Source: Amphiscolops sp. MND2022 (lineage: Eukaryota). From it: a stretch of DNA of 64,000 bases. A model generated the notes under the pieces. That model saw only the letters and a program-made list of their open reading frames with translations. It searched no databases and had not been told where the DNA came from. The stretch lies in the NCBI GenBank assembly GCA_964187785.1, contig OZ076409.1, positions 25,546,001 through 25,610,000 of the forward strand, in the 5' to 3' direction. Shown in pieces: positions 26,301 to 36,260 of this stretch. Numbering within the stretch: position 1 is the stretch's first letter; each line of letters starts with the position of its first letter. A program made the position numbers and the translations under genes.

Positions 26301-29300
26301 CGTTCATTTGTGTTTTGTGGTTCTTATCATCCGTCCGACCTTTCCGTTCCCGCAGTGGTCTCTTATCGGACACACTACTTGATCAATGCAAAACTCCCTA
26401 CAAAATTGGTTATATTTCTGACTTTTGAACACAGTTCGAATTTTACTCGGGCTTGCGTTTTTGAAATATAGTGTTTCAGAAATTCGACTACCCTATTTGC
26501 CGTTGGATCCAATAGGAACATGGCATCTGGCCATCCGGTATTATTGTCGACGGAGATTAGTATATCTTTCTTTTTGTTTTTAGCATTTTGAAAGGGCCAT
26601 GCAAAATCTAGCGTGACTTCTTCATTAGGTAATTCCGGTTTCGGCGATTTCTCAAACTCGTTATGAGATTGTAACCATTTAAAACTTTTAACTGATTGTC
26701 AACATTGCTAGCAACTTTTGGCTTTTTCGACAATTCCGCAATGGATGCACAATCACCAAAATCCGCTGCTTCACGAAGCTTAGTGTCCCTGCCTGCGTGT
26801 CCGAAATGTATTGCACTGAGCATATTATTTCTCATGTCTATCGGAATGACCAATCTTTCATCCATGTATAACCCATTATTGTCTAAACTGAGCGAAATAA
26901 ACTTTTCTCGCCACCGAGGGGGTAGTCTTGATATTTGTCCTGCATTGCGTTCCTTCACTAGTCCAACAATTGGTTGTAAGGTTCTCTCCTTTTCATAATT
27001 AGCTCTGACGTGAACTTTGCTATTTCGTGAAGATTTCAATTCTCGATCGGTTCTGTTGAAATTATCCATTTTAATCGAATTGGCGTTTAACATCATTTTG
27101 TCGTTTTGGTTTAACTTTGCACGCTGATTAATCTTGTCACAACATTTACTTTTTACACTCTCGTTGCTCACTGTTAATACGCGTCTACATGTATTCCGCT
27201 TTCCACTGTAGCCGTATCTCGTTTTGATTGCTCCGTTCCGTTTAGCCAATAACGTTTGTTTTATTCCTTTTGTGGTGTGAAATCTTCTACTACGTTTATG
27301 GTGAACCAATATTTAAACGTCTGTTCTGATTTTACAGATGTTCAATTACAGTGGGCAGGGTGTCTTGATGAGTAATCCCCCATTCCCAGCGTTTTCCCTC
27401 CCCGGAGTATGTACAACGTTAAAATCATATGATAATAACAGATCTATCCAACGTGTTAAACGGCTTGAAAACGTTTTATTTCTTTTATTTGCGCTCAAGA
27501 CACTCTGTAACGCTTTGTGATCGGAATCGACACCAAATGTTGTACCGTGCACGTAATTTTTAGAAAGTTCGACAGACCACACAACAGCTAACAGTTCTAA
27601 CTCGTTTTTAGAGTTTTTCATTTCAAAATCTGTTAAAAGTCTCGATGGGTAAGAAATAGGCTTCCAAGTGTTATTTTCGCAATGTTGAAGGACTGCCCCC
27701 AGTCCGTTCTTAGTCGCATCGCCGATGATTCTCAATGGTAACTTTCTTTTAAAGTGCGTTAGTTCTGCGACTTTCTTTCCTCTTCATATACTTTTCTAAA
27801 CGCCTTCTGGTGGATCTCGGTCCACGTTCATTCTGCGTCTTTTTTCAATATTGACCGAAATGGAGCGCAAAAGTTTGCCAGGACAGGAATAAACTAATTC
27901 AATTGGTTTACTGCCCCGAGAAAGGATCGCAATTCCTGCTAGTCCCTCGGTCTCAATCTGTTCGAAATTCCTTGCATTTTCTCGTTTTCTGGCGAAATGC
28001 CAGTTCTAGTCAGTTCGAAGCCACTCAATATTGTCCACTGCAAATTTACATTTTCCCGCCTTGAGATACAAAAAGCAGTTATAAAGCGTATCGTGCCAGT
28101 TGCCTCTCCGCCAATTATTTGAACTTATTTTGTTTAGCTGTTTCGATATGCAATGGTACTTGTCCATAAGCGTATGTCATGTCAAGAGACGATTACCATG
28201 TTTCGCCGCTTTTTTATCAATTCTTTTTGCTATCATATCGAGAAGGTTTGCTAGGTTGGGCATTTGATGTTTATCTTTATCTGTTTCCTGATTCAGCGCA
28301 CGTGCCTCCAACGCACTTTTAACCAATCGGTCTTTCTTTAAAGTAATTACAGTTGGCTGTATGAATACATCATCTTCAATCTCATTTACTTTTTCAATAT
28401 GTTCTTCTGCAAGTAAGTGTTTAATTTCTTTGTCTACTGCTTCTTGTAATTGAACGAGGTATTTTCTCTCTTTTTCAAACAATTGCTGTTCCCTTCAACA
28501 GGGACTTGAACGGGGATTTCCGGCTCGTTTCTCTTCATTCTTTGTTTTATTTTCATCGAGCGCAAATATAGTGACGGGCGAGGAGCCCGAATCGATCTTT
28601 GTTTTAAGTCGTTGACCATTTATCTCGCCCTCCATGTAATATGGCTTTGTCATTTCGGTGTCACCTTCGATTTTCATCACCATCATGTCGTGTCGTCTAG
28701 CTCCTCGTCCTCCTCGTCTTGATCGAACAATTACACTCGATTGTCGTTTCATTTCCGAATGCCAAAATTTCTTGTGTTGCCAAAAATCTGCCCATTGCCG
28801 TTTCGTTGCCTGTTATCCTTCTTCTTCTGGTTACAACAGACCTCCATGTGGCCTTTTTTCCACAATAGTGGCAAATCGTATTGGGACCGTTACATTGGCT
28901 GATGTGTCCGTAAAACTTCTAGAACACAAAATCCGTAAGACTTTTGGCGCCTCAAGCCATCCTCATATGCTATAGCGAATATACAGTTTTCGCCGGTGTT
29001 TCCTTCGGCTCAGTACAGAGCTTCTCCTGGACTTGTTTTTTTGCCATGTTCAAAAAAAATGTCATGGACTAACCCTTCTCTCTGGTCTCCAAAATCGCAT
29101 TTGGCCGCAAGTTCGTTCAGTATATTCCAGAATTGGTGGAGCGATTTGTTCTTGTTCTGTTTCCTTGAAAGAAATGTTTGTCTATCTAGAGTTTTGTTCC
29201 TTATGACTCTAAAACACTCTTCGCATTTCTGCATAATATCTCGTAACGGTATGGTGATATTCTGTTTGTGTGGGAATTTATCCATCAATGTCTTTCTTCC

Positions 29301-32236
29301 CCTACTGCCGACGGATAAATACAGTAAACTGACCAGTTTCTTCTGAGCTGCATCCACGTGCAAATTCCCCATCATTGCTATGTTTCTCGAGTTTTGTTCA
29401 GTAGGCTCCTGGAAGAGTTCGGAGATGGCGATTGAGTGTTTTGGCAGCACGGCGACTTCTAATAATTGGATCCATTGATCCCAGTCTTAGATAGGGGGCT
29501 TTTCCGGATCTTGCCAATACTAGCTTAATCCCAGAACGGAAGAATTCACTTCATCATTTGAAGCTCGCAGCGCCATGTTCTAGGGTACTCGGTAGAAAAG
29601 ACGCAAAGTAGAGTAGTTGTGAATTAAGGCAATCTGAATACGTATGGCGTTAATCGTAAGAATGGCAATTCAAATGAATGTGGCAAAAGCAGGTTGTTCG
29701 CCAATAATACTTCAAGGGGCGTCTTAAGTTATTTTCTCACACTATCACATTATCGTAGTATCATTTTGCTGTTTTTGTTTATCGACTTTCTCATATTCGC
29801 ATATGGGCTCACCAAACAGCTAACAACTAAACAACTTTCACAGAAGGATCAAGTAATCTGAGTAAGGAAACTGCATCGTGCGAAATTGTAAAGGAGTTTT
29901 TCGGGAAAAATTCGATTTCAGTTGAAAAAATGCTACTCACGGTATTGCAGAGGGTACAAAATGAAGGCACCGCCTCCTGATGACTGCTGCAAACCAGCAA
30001 AGCCAGCGAACGCGAAGTTTGCTTCAATTGGGAAAGAGACTTCGTTAGTGTTACATCCAAAACTGTTTTCTGTTCCGCTGTCGATGATGCTGATTCCACA
30101 AACTGCTCCGTTGCCATCAGTCACAGTGTACAATTTGACCTCTTCCACTTGAGTCAGCTGAAGGTCGGTTGATTGACCTGCTAGAAAAAAATATATGCAA
30201 TGTTTGAAAATGTGAATGATGTTAAAATCTACATGTATAATAATGACGTCTTGCGGCAGACTTTAATCAGATTCAGAAAATAGATGATGCAAGCGTTTGT
30301 TTTTAGTGCTTTTGCGTCATTCAAACCCGAGTAATTCATTCGGTTTCGAAAACTATTTTTTTGGACATTATTATGTGAGGTTTTTAGTTTGATCTTTTTA
30401 GCCCACGGTTCATGCGTTCTCTATTCCATGATCCATTCGAGATTATGAAGAGACCCTTGGAACACCAATTATTCAGCTCATTTTTGTTTTCTCATTATTT
30501 TTCGGCGTTAATAGTTTCTGCAACAGAAAAGAAAAAAGATAAAAGTTAATTTTTTTAAATTTTCATGAACAAACTACATAATATAATTTCTATACCTAAT
30601 TTTGTTGAACTATCAATTAAAATCAGACTGGAATGTTTTCTGGTTTTCTGAACTTACTTTGAACGTTTCCAAAAGTTTGTGTTGACGAGCTTCCCCCTTG
30701 AGACGTAAATGTGACGACGACACCCATCAGCGCCCCAGAATCCGTGAAAAGTTGCACTAAAGAAGAAAGAAAAACGTTTATTTCCCAATTCCGTGGGGTG
30801 GACGCCGAATAAGCAGTTCTGCTTTCTACAAAGTCGTTGCCTTTTTTCGGATACCATCTGCCCATTGCAAGCTATGGTGCCATATTTGCAGCCAAGTGGT
30901 CAAGCAATGGTCGGCAGCTCGAAGCTGTGATTTCAAAGTGACTTGCGGAAGGTCTCAAAGCTCTGACTGCTCACAATTTGAGAAAGAAGTTGTGAGAAAT
31001 CACGAGAGAAAGTTGTTCTGATCAACGTTTCATTTCAGCAGCTACTTTTTTAGATCAACCCAAACGTCTAGTCCTCATGAAACTTAGTGTTCCAATGAAA
31101 CATTACAAACGTTCAAACTTCCAACAAAATGTAGAGCTACGACTGTTAAACTTCCACATCCGTTTCAAGCACCTGTATACCCCTCCTCCCACAAGCGGAA
31201 TACTTACAGCTAGTTGGTACCGAGTCCCATCCAATCAGAGAAGACTCAAGACCTCCAAAAGTGGGTTGCATCTGATCGAAGTTTACCAATGCTTCCGATG
31301 ATAAAACACTAGACGGCCATTGAAGATTTCTGCCCACTAAAAACAGAACCTGAATGATTGGTAAAAATTCAGAAACACTGAATAAAACATCGATTTTTTC
31401 TATTACTCAGGGAAGCTGCGAACGGAAATTTTGTTTTACAACAATGATGATGTTGAAATTGAAATGAAAACAATTATAGGCCTACAGTTTTTTGTCGCAT
31501 ACTAAGTTACCCATAATCACTGGTACACGAGAAACGTTTCTCTATTTCCTAGTTATTATTTGTCAACAATTCAATCAAACTTTCTCAAGTTTGGAATGTT
31601 GGTCAACCAAACTAACCATATTCAGCAGTGACGGCAGCCGACATGTCTGTAGTGAGAAGAGAAATCACCATGTCAGCCGACGACGATCTCAACCCCTGAA
31701 TCTTCTTGGCGAACACTTCACAGACCTTGTGTTCTGGCTGAAAACGACACTTACTCAAACTGCGTTTTCGATAAGCTGCAAAAATTTTTGATAACTGTCA
31801 ACTTTTAACCATTGCACCTAAAATAATCTGTAAACAAAGTGTCTTTTTAAAAACTATTTTTTGTCATTTTTGGTCGGTTGCATATTTCAGTGCAGAGAAA
31901 AGTTGGAAACCATTCCATGTTTTATAGGACAACGATTCGAAGTCTCCAACATAACTGACATATGAACCGACTCTTTTGTATGTATCTTCAGATTCATTTT
32001 CCCTCAAGCAGTTGATGATTTAGTAGTTTTCTTCGATAATGAGTTGTAGATTATTCAACTTACGTAGCACACAAAATACCCATCTAGGTTTGTATCATCA
32101 GTTGTAATTTCAACTTGTGCAGCCAATTCATTCTGTGATCCATCCAGAATTGTGAGGCCTGTAGTCGAAGGTTCGTCTCCCGAGTAGGCGGCGTAAAATT
32201 TAGCAGTTTCGTAATCCAACAGCGTGGCACTTAACC
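2229..32236 (-). CDS. Multi-exon gene (5'-partial) for a type I membrane ZP-domain protein: FN3-like and jacalin-like repeats, ZP-N, ZP-C, furin site, TM
   Basis: 20 manually spliced GT-AG exons with matching phases and no internal stop: 32236-32064, 31737-31617, 31336-31208, 30756-30658, 30180-29941, 18261-17947, 17705-17452, 16392-16200, 16122-16042, 15050-14760, 14291-14214, 11478-11246, 10936-10770, 10221-10079, 9227-9066, 8733-8478, 8111-7959, 3823-3651, 3423-3280, 2392-2229 (about 1,190 codons). ZP motifs: VSC..MNIQV, IDRSC, QCGT, YCFY, GEIPFKMEIY, DCWAT, TCPTD, FHFTAFAW, IYLHCDVRAC, RKRRS. Confidence 0.8.
2619..3030 (+). repeat. Dispersed ~420-bp repeat, copy 1
   Basis: Highly similar direct copy at 16554-16975 (aaccagagccgcatatgcggtaaaggagtcg...). 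Confidence 0.9.
3280..3423 (-). CDS. ZP gene exon; last Cys, furin site RKRR and external hydrophobic patch
   Basis: ttttgtag|AC, CAAG|gtgcga; DPSECTDGARKRRS...LHLENPIIIT. Confidence 0.85.
3651..3823 (-). CDS. ZP gene exon; ZP-C (Cys6, Cys7, Ca, Cb)
   Basis: ttttttaacag|A; CPTDATF...YAFHFTAFAW...IYLHCDVRACPQGEAYCAIK. The donor G|gttcat at 3650 completes the six-Cys ZP-C pattern; an in-phase alternative G|gtgaag lies at 3674. Confidence 0.85.
4577..5806. mobile_element. Non-autonomous TIR element (TA TSD) with an internal ~230-bp tandem repeat
   Basis: TA|CAGTGCACAAACAAGCTA ... TAGCTTGCCTGTGCACTG|TA; many subterminal GTGGAATCC motifs; tandem units at about 4801, 5031 and 5259. Confidence 0.8.
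7959..8111 (-). CDS. ZP gene exon; ZP-C (Cys5)
   Basis: atttttcag|G, AC|gttaga; IAMGNNIYVMI...VITTDCWATQTSDADDVSRYNL. Confidence 0.85.
8478..8733 (-). CDS. ZP gene exon; ZP-N Cys4, linker, start of ZP-C
   Basis: ccttttccag|AA, GA|gtaagc; DVVYQQKI...IPAYCFY...SGEIPFKMEIYTNYKYTTPY. Confidence 0.8.
9066..9227 (-). CDS. ZP gene exon; ZP-N Cys2 and Cys3
   Basis: ttcatattccag|CC acceptor; LPSLAAIDRSCPLVV...DVTQCGTFQQ. The donor (C|gtctgt) is weak and was chosen for phase. Confidence 0.6.
9535..9940 (+). repeat. Dispersed repeat family; related pieces at about 38881-39200, 7570-7883 and (inverted) from 41637
   Basis: Shared start cacagac(a/c)tcacact(g/a)aatgg..cacttttt (9537, 38882) and shared end ggcgccga(c/g)ttg...cccg (7853, 39179). 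Confidence 0.6.
10079..11478 (-). CDS. Three exons (11478-11246, 10936-10770, 10221-10079) encoding jacalin-like repeat 3
   Basis: Canonical sites, phases 1-0, 0-2, 2-1; GAQVYW...CIQGLALIYK|VYG...WVAG...FID...LAG..CLSGIQFT|P...GP...FFYSV...GGIFGLSFDF. Confidence 0.75.
14019..14173. repeat. ~155-bp near-perfect hairpin (MITE-like)
   Basis: ~70-bp arms cttcgtgatgtgcaattgactgctagagta / tactctagcagtcaattgcacatcacgaag around a short loop. Confidence 0.9.
14214..14291 (-). CDS. ZP gene exon; start of ZP-N (Cys1)
   Basis: ttcaatccag|CG, TCGC|gttagt; PAGADVSCGGTPGAMNIQVEYEAIPS fits the ZP-N V.C....M.I.V start. Not in the ORF track. Confidence 0.7.
14760..15050 (-). CDS. ZP gene exon; FN3 repeat 3 (clearest FN3 signature)
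   Basis: tctgttccag|GC, ACAC|gttagt; VVWYNPVGY...VLHNLVAGSTYSLYL...KTFTT matches the FN3 W..P / L.PG..Y pattern. Confidence 0.8.
16042..16122 (-). CDS. ZP gene exon following a 77-nt intron
   Basis: ttctttttcag|AG, ACAA|gtaagt; QPREPVLIKGISVQNSATGPVNSAQFT. Confidence 0.7.
16200..16392 (-). CDS. ZP gene exon; end of jacalin-like repeat 2
   Basis: ttatgcag|GTG, GCTC|gtaagt; VTVHVNSGTFVGLTLMY...VGQTSG...TTGLIFYWA. Confidence 0.75.
16554..16975 (+). repeat. Dispersed ~420-bp repeat, copy 2
   Basis: Matches 2619-3030. Confidence 0.9.
17452..17705 (-). CDS. ZP gene exon; first part of jacalin-like repeat 2
   Basis: tatctttag|AC, AAG|gtttgt; GYQVDTEIG...DVTLDGKFINK joins in frame to VTVHVNSG. 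Confidence 0.75.
17947..18261 (-). CDS. ZP gene exon; FN3-like repeat 2
   Basis: ctgtttag|AG, ACGT|gtaagt; phase 1-1; LLHPRVVEWETTDEEITFSFNIFWP...AVYYAWT. Confidence 0.75.
19261..19932 (+). CDS. LINE ORF1p (coiled coil, RRM, CTD type)
   Basis: LRNEVTDLKERISEQEKYSSKDTIIINNLP, ACHFLG, PVVVKF, IYINERL are typical invertebrate LINE ORF1 motifs. Confidence 0.8.
   Translation: MASEKYSELIQAIDSEPLKEILLLLTQDLLNKTETIKKQNAQIRELRNEVTDLKERISEQEKYSSKDTIIINNLPLLQDADLVSSVLYFFQTFLDIQLLREDLKACHFLGKCSDINKPPPVVVKFVYFHQKNDVYVRRSMLGKRGKQNPINTENIYINERLPKEQLLIKKYANDKGLITTTYNCDVKLFLKDSSGATFSQKVTSTKMVDDLTHKALKKQDTHK
20320..23205 (+). pseudogene. LINE ORF2 (AP endonuclease and reverse transcriptase) with one in-frame stop at 20896-20898
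   Basis: NIRSL, LTETW, GGVAFYV, IYRP, GDFKI, IDH, SDH (APE); NYRPISLL, FIDLQKAFD, GVPQGSVLGP, FADD, KYLG (RT). The two ORF-track pieces share one frame. Confidence 0.92.
25009..25179 (-). repeat. 3' LTR of the intronic Gypsy element
   Basis: Direct repeat of 29576-29749, about 85-90% identical by eye. Confidence 0.9.
29576..29749 (-). repeat. 5' LTR of the intronic Gypsy element
   Basis: Direct repeat of 25009-25179, followed by a tRNA-Ser-like PBS. Confidence 0.9.
29941..30180 (-). CDS. ZP gene exon; end of jacalin-like repeat 1
   Basis: ttttttctag|CAG tandem acceptor, TACC|gtgagt donor; DLQLTQVEEVKLY...VCGISI...SFGC...FAGFAG...ILYPLQY. Confidence 0.75.
30658..30756 (-). CDS. ZP gene exon; jacalin-like repeat 1
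   Basis: Strong polypyrimidine acceptor ttttctttcttctttag|TG, donor CAAA|gtaagt; LQLFTDSGALMGVVVTFTSQGGSSSTQTFGNVQ. Confidence 0.7.
31208..31336 (-). CDS. ZP gene exon; linker and start of jacalin-like repeat 1
   Basis: tgtttttag|TG, AGCT|gtaagt; GRNLQWPSSVLSS...WDSVPTS. Confidence 0.7.
31617..31737 (-). CDS. ZP gene exon; second half of FN3-like repeat 1
   Basis: gttttcag|CCA (phase 0), TATG|gttagt (phase 1); PEHKVCEVFAKKIQGLRSSSADMVISLLTT. Not in the ORF track. Confidence 0.65.
32064..32236 (-). CDS. ZP gene exon, most 5' exon found; first half of FN3-like repeat 1
   Basis: ttggcag|GG acceptor, TAC|gtaagt donor; GLSATLLDYETAKFY...DGYFVCY. Confidence 0.7.
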
Positions 32237-34069
32237 CTGCCAACAAAAAATGTAATAAATCTGCTGTATTTCAAGAACAGATGCAACACGCTTTCAAAAA
32301 TATGTATGTATACAAACAAAAAAGTTGGTTTGATTTATGCGGTAAACATCATACATCACGTTGTACACGTTGTGGTGTATTCTGTTAAAAATTTTATGTC
32401 AAAGTAGCTTGATGAGAACTTCAAAATAAACAAACTATATGGTTGGACTGTTCAGCTCTTTCGTGTGCGCCCCTGAAGTTATTTGAAGAACATAAAAGTG
32501 TTAGCTTCAATGAAGATGGAGTTCAGAGTTTTTAAAATTATATGATTGCTTCAGTATTCAACTAAAATTAGGGCTGAAAGTAAATTTTGATCAACATAAA
32601 GATTGGCTTTTGCTTTTTATTTTGATGTACCATTTTGATTTTTTGAATTTTGATTTCTGATTACTTTTTTGATATCTCCAGAAAATCACAATTCGAATAA
32701 ACAAGCTCAATTTATGCTAAAACGTACACCAAGAACCATATTTTGGTGGCTATAAGTCTATCGGCAAAATCAAAATCTCTGATACTTTAAGCTCATTATG
32801 GGTGATATGGTTTCATGGAAATATTGGAAAGGAAACTTTTTCGAACTTCGAGCATTTGTTTTCATTTTAGTTTTTTAAACAGCGAAGCTAGCTGTTGATT
32901 GAAAATTTTCCCAAATTGAAATCAATTTTTTTAAACTGAAAAATAAACTTCTCCGAAATTTGCTCAGTTCTTTGCTCTGAAATAGAAAGGAAAAAGAAAA
33001 CTAACATTGAGTAACGGCTACTGAAAGCCAAATTTGAACCAAAAATGTAAAAATAAACGAACAGTAAAACTTCATTCTGGCAACTGCTTTAGAAGCATGA
33101 ACGTATTACGACTCTCAGTGTGAATTTTTAGTTTTCAACGTAAGTTTTATCTGTTCATAAGAATTTGAAAATTTTCATGCTTTTTCCAACAGGCAAACAG
33201 TGAAATCCAAAGGCGAAGCAAAAGGAAAAAGGAAACGCTGAATTGGTAATTATACTCGAAAACAGATAACAAGAAAATACTGCTTTAAATTTATGACTTG
33301 CGATGAGCCATTTTTGCTGTGGTCCCCGCACTGTACATCAAATAAGAAAGACACGAAACTAGAAAACGTCGATCCGGTATTATTCAATTTTGAAAAGCAA
33401 TTGGTAATTCAGTTTCGAGTCATAAATCGAGAATAGTTACTTTAAAATTAGTCTAGAAATATGCGCGGCAAATGTGTGCAATGTTTGACGATCAATAATT
33501 TTACATTTTTGTGTTAAGATATCATTTTTTCATTTTTTTGTGCCAAATGACTGTTACACGCTTCATTTCTTAAAGTAATAATAAAGTCACTAGCTGCGTT
33601 TTACAATGCACTGCAAGTATTCTGTTGAAAACCATGTAATGATGTTACATCTTTAAGTTCCAATGTTTTATATTGTGCTATAACTGTAAGACAATCCAAA
33701 AACAATACCAATCTTTTTTTACTTCATGGATTTTTGTCAAGTAATTTCAGTTCGAAGTTTTTAGAAGTTTAATTTTGAGAGAGCTAATATCTTATGATAA
33801 AAAGTTTGAGATCGCCAACAAATAACGAAAAATTACAAATAGGCCTAAAATAGTGCTTCCCTGGTTGTCTTCAAAGAGTTTGTATGAAAACGACGATCAA
33901 GATCGCAACCACTTTTAACTGGAAACTTTATGAATATAACATATACCGAACACCAACCGAAAAAACTGCGATTTTTATTTCAAGATCTACGCGAAATGAA
34001 ATATTGGCTGAAGTTTGAATTAATGTCAACAAAACTCTTGACTACAGTAACTTTATCAGGGTAAGTAGA

Positions 34070-34119
34070 AAAGTTGGTCTACCCGTAAGAGATTAATCTG
34101 TTACGGGTAGACCAACTTT
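34070..34119. repeat. 50-bp near-perfect palindrome
   Basis: aaagttggtctacccgtaa-g-agattaatct-g-ttacgggtagaccaacttt. Confidence 0.9.
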
Positions 34120-35179
34120 CCAACTCCAATTGGCTCTGAACCAAAAGCTCGATAAGAGCCCAAGAATTTTTGGAACTTATTTAAAAATCTAAACACTTTT
34201 TGTTGGAAAGTTTTCAGTTGAGAACGTTTTCTGACTTTTATCTGTTCTCAATATTTCTGAAATAGTTTTAGATATCAAAATTGGGAAAAAATAAAACTCA
34301 AATCACGTTAATTTTAACTTGCATCATTGTTTTTGCACTTGCATGCGAGTCAAAAATTCCTTAAGCTGCTTGGTAGGATTGGAATGCAATCTTCACCATT
34401 CTCATCAAAATGGAGAATAAATCCGTTTTGTTGCCGACTAACTAGATATCATTGTTTTCATTTTTTTTTGGCTTTTCAACTATACCACTCACGTAATTAC
34501 TAGTGTTCAAACTCCACGCTGACGATGACCATAAGTTTAAAAAATGGAAGTTTCTTAAGTTCCTTTGCCTTAAACCAGTGGCAAATGTCTTGAGGTCTCA
34601 GTTCCATTCAGTGATATTTCGCAGCTCGAAAAGTCCGCAGATTTTAAAATCTTTATTTATAGAACGAATAATGTGCCTAGCTATTATGGTTAGTAGTTTT
34701 TTTTCTCCAGACCACAGAGCTCACACTGAGGGTCAACTTTTTGAACAGACTTTGGTCACGCCGCTTGTTCTAGTGATTAGCGTGTATGACCAGAGCTGAT
34801 TCCTTAAGCCGAGTTTCGTAATTTACAGAAGCATTCACATAGTTCAAGCAGTTCCAACTGGAAAAATTTGAAAAAATGAATAATTGTATTTTTTTACTCA
34901 AGAAGCAGATAAAAGGGTACAAACCACGTTTCGTCATTGACAAGATTCCATTTTTGACTTCTTACTTAGTCGGCGCTTTTTGTTATTTTCCGCCCAAATT
35001 TCATATGGAAAAGCAAAATATTGCAATCAAACGGGTTTTTTTTACAAAATTTGCCAAGCACCAAATTTATGTTTAACTTTAAGGGTGTTACCCAATTCAA
35101 CTCACATAAAATTAGCTTCGTGCGATTTGTATTTGTGGAAATTTCTGGACTTTTTCTAGTGGACCCCGAGGACCCCAAA

Positions 35180-36260
35180 ACGACCCAAAAATGACCCAAA
35201 AAATAGTAAAAAACTGCAAAAATTTCCAACTTTAAAGTTTTAATGCAATTTTTGTCGATTTTTCGATAAATGTCGTGGACTAGAATGTTGAGCATGTTCA
35301 ACAAGGCAAGAATTTGTTGTCCAGTAATCGTTTACGAAGAGATAAATGCGTTTTTTCTAAAGAAAGACTCAAAAATGATACGAAAAACAAACATTTCCCG
35401 ATTTTTAACGTTTTTATGCAATTTTTGTCAAATTTTCGATAGACTTCGTGGATTAGAATTTGAAAATGCTCAACATGGAACTAATTCGTTGTTCAGTAGG
35501 ATTTTTCGAAAAGATAATTGCTGTTTTCCAAAAATGACAAAAATACCGAAAGTTTCCAATTTTCAAAAATTTTGTGCATTTTTTCCAAGTTTTCGACGGA
35601 CTTTGTGGATTGGAAGGTTGAATGGGTCAACAAGGAAAGGTGTTGTCCAGTAGGTTTTCCCGAAGAGTTTAATGCAGTTTCTACAGTGAAAATGTTTCAC
35701 ATTAACACCGAAAATGACAAAAAAAACAAATTTTCTATTTTTAAAAAGTTTTTACGCATTTTTGTTAAAGTTTCGACAGACCTCGAAGATTGTAATGATT
35801 ACGATACATATGCCGCAGCGAACTAGCAAGATCTTGCTAGTTCGATTAACAGCCAATAGAAACGCGTTATTATATCTGATACGCGTTACGAGTTTTGCTC
35901 GTTACACTGTGTGATTTGGCGTTACGCGTAGTGATCAAACTACAGTAAATGACTACTTTACACTCTCTACAATTACGTACTTTGACTGGTTTCCACTTCA
36001 CTCACATGATGTTTTAAGGTGTCAACGAGGAACAAATATATAAGTCCAAAAGTCTTCTTTGAAGAAGTTATTGCATTTTTCTAAATGAAAACGTCACAAA
36101 TTGACACCGAAAATGACAAAAATCCCAAAAATGTCCAACTTTCAAAGATTTTATGCATTTTTTTCCGAATTTTTGACGGAGTTTGTTGATTGGAACGTTG
36201 GAAAGGGTCAACAAGGTGGGAACAAGTTTTGTTAAAATATCGAAAGATTTCGTGGACGAA
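35180..36260 (+). repeat. Degenerate tandem/satellite-like array
   Basis: Recurring aaaatgacaaaaa...ttttatgca(a/t)ttttt...gactt(c/t)gtggatt(a/g)ga units; 35521-35645 resembles 36105-36225. Confidence 0.6.

Larger units (their letters stand above)
25009..29749 (-). mobile_element. Decayed Ty3/Gypsy LTR retrotransposon (Mag/K02A2.6-like) with both LTRs, intronic
   Basis: ~171-174 bp TG...CA direct repeats; PBS TGGCGCTGCGAG after the 5' LTR; polypurine GAGGGGAA before the 3' LTR; flanks ATATC/TTATC. Fragments: gag (LAAKCDFG), protease (IDSGS), RT (QMPNL), RNase H (DA..GLGAVL, ELELLAVVW), integrase (IHFGHAG). Confidence 0.92.

Noticed and set aside
25379..26471. Plus-strand hydrophobic ORFs (192 aa and others)
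   Set aside because: Antisense shadows of the purine-rich 3' region of the Gypsy element.
34700..34857. Candidate upstream exon of the ZP gene (good acceptor and gtgag donor)
   Set aside because: All three minus-strand frames contain stops between these sites.
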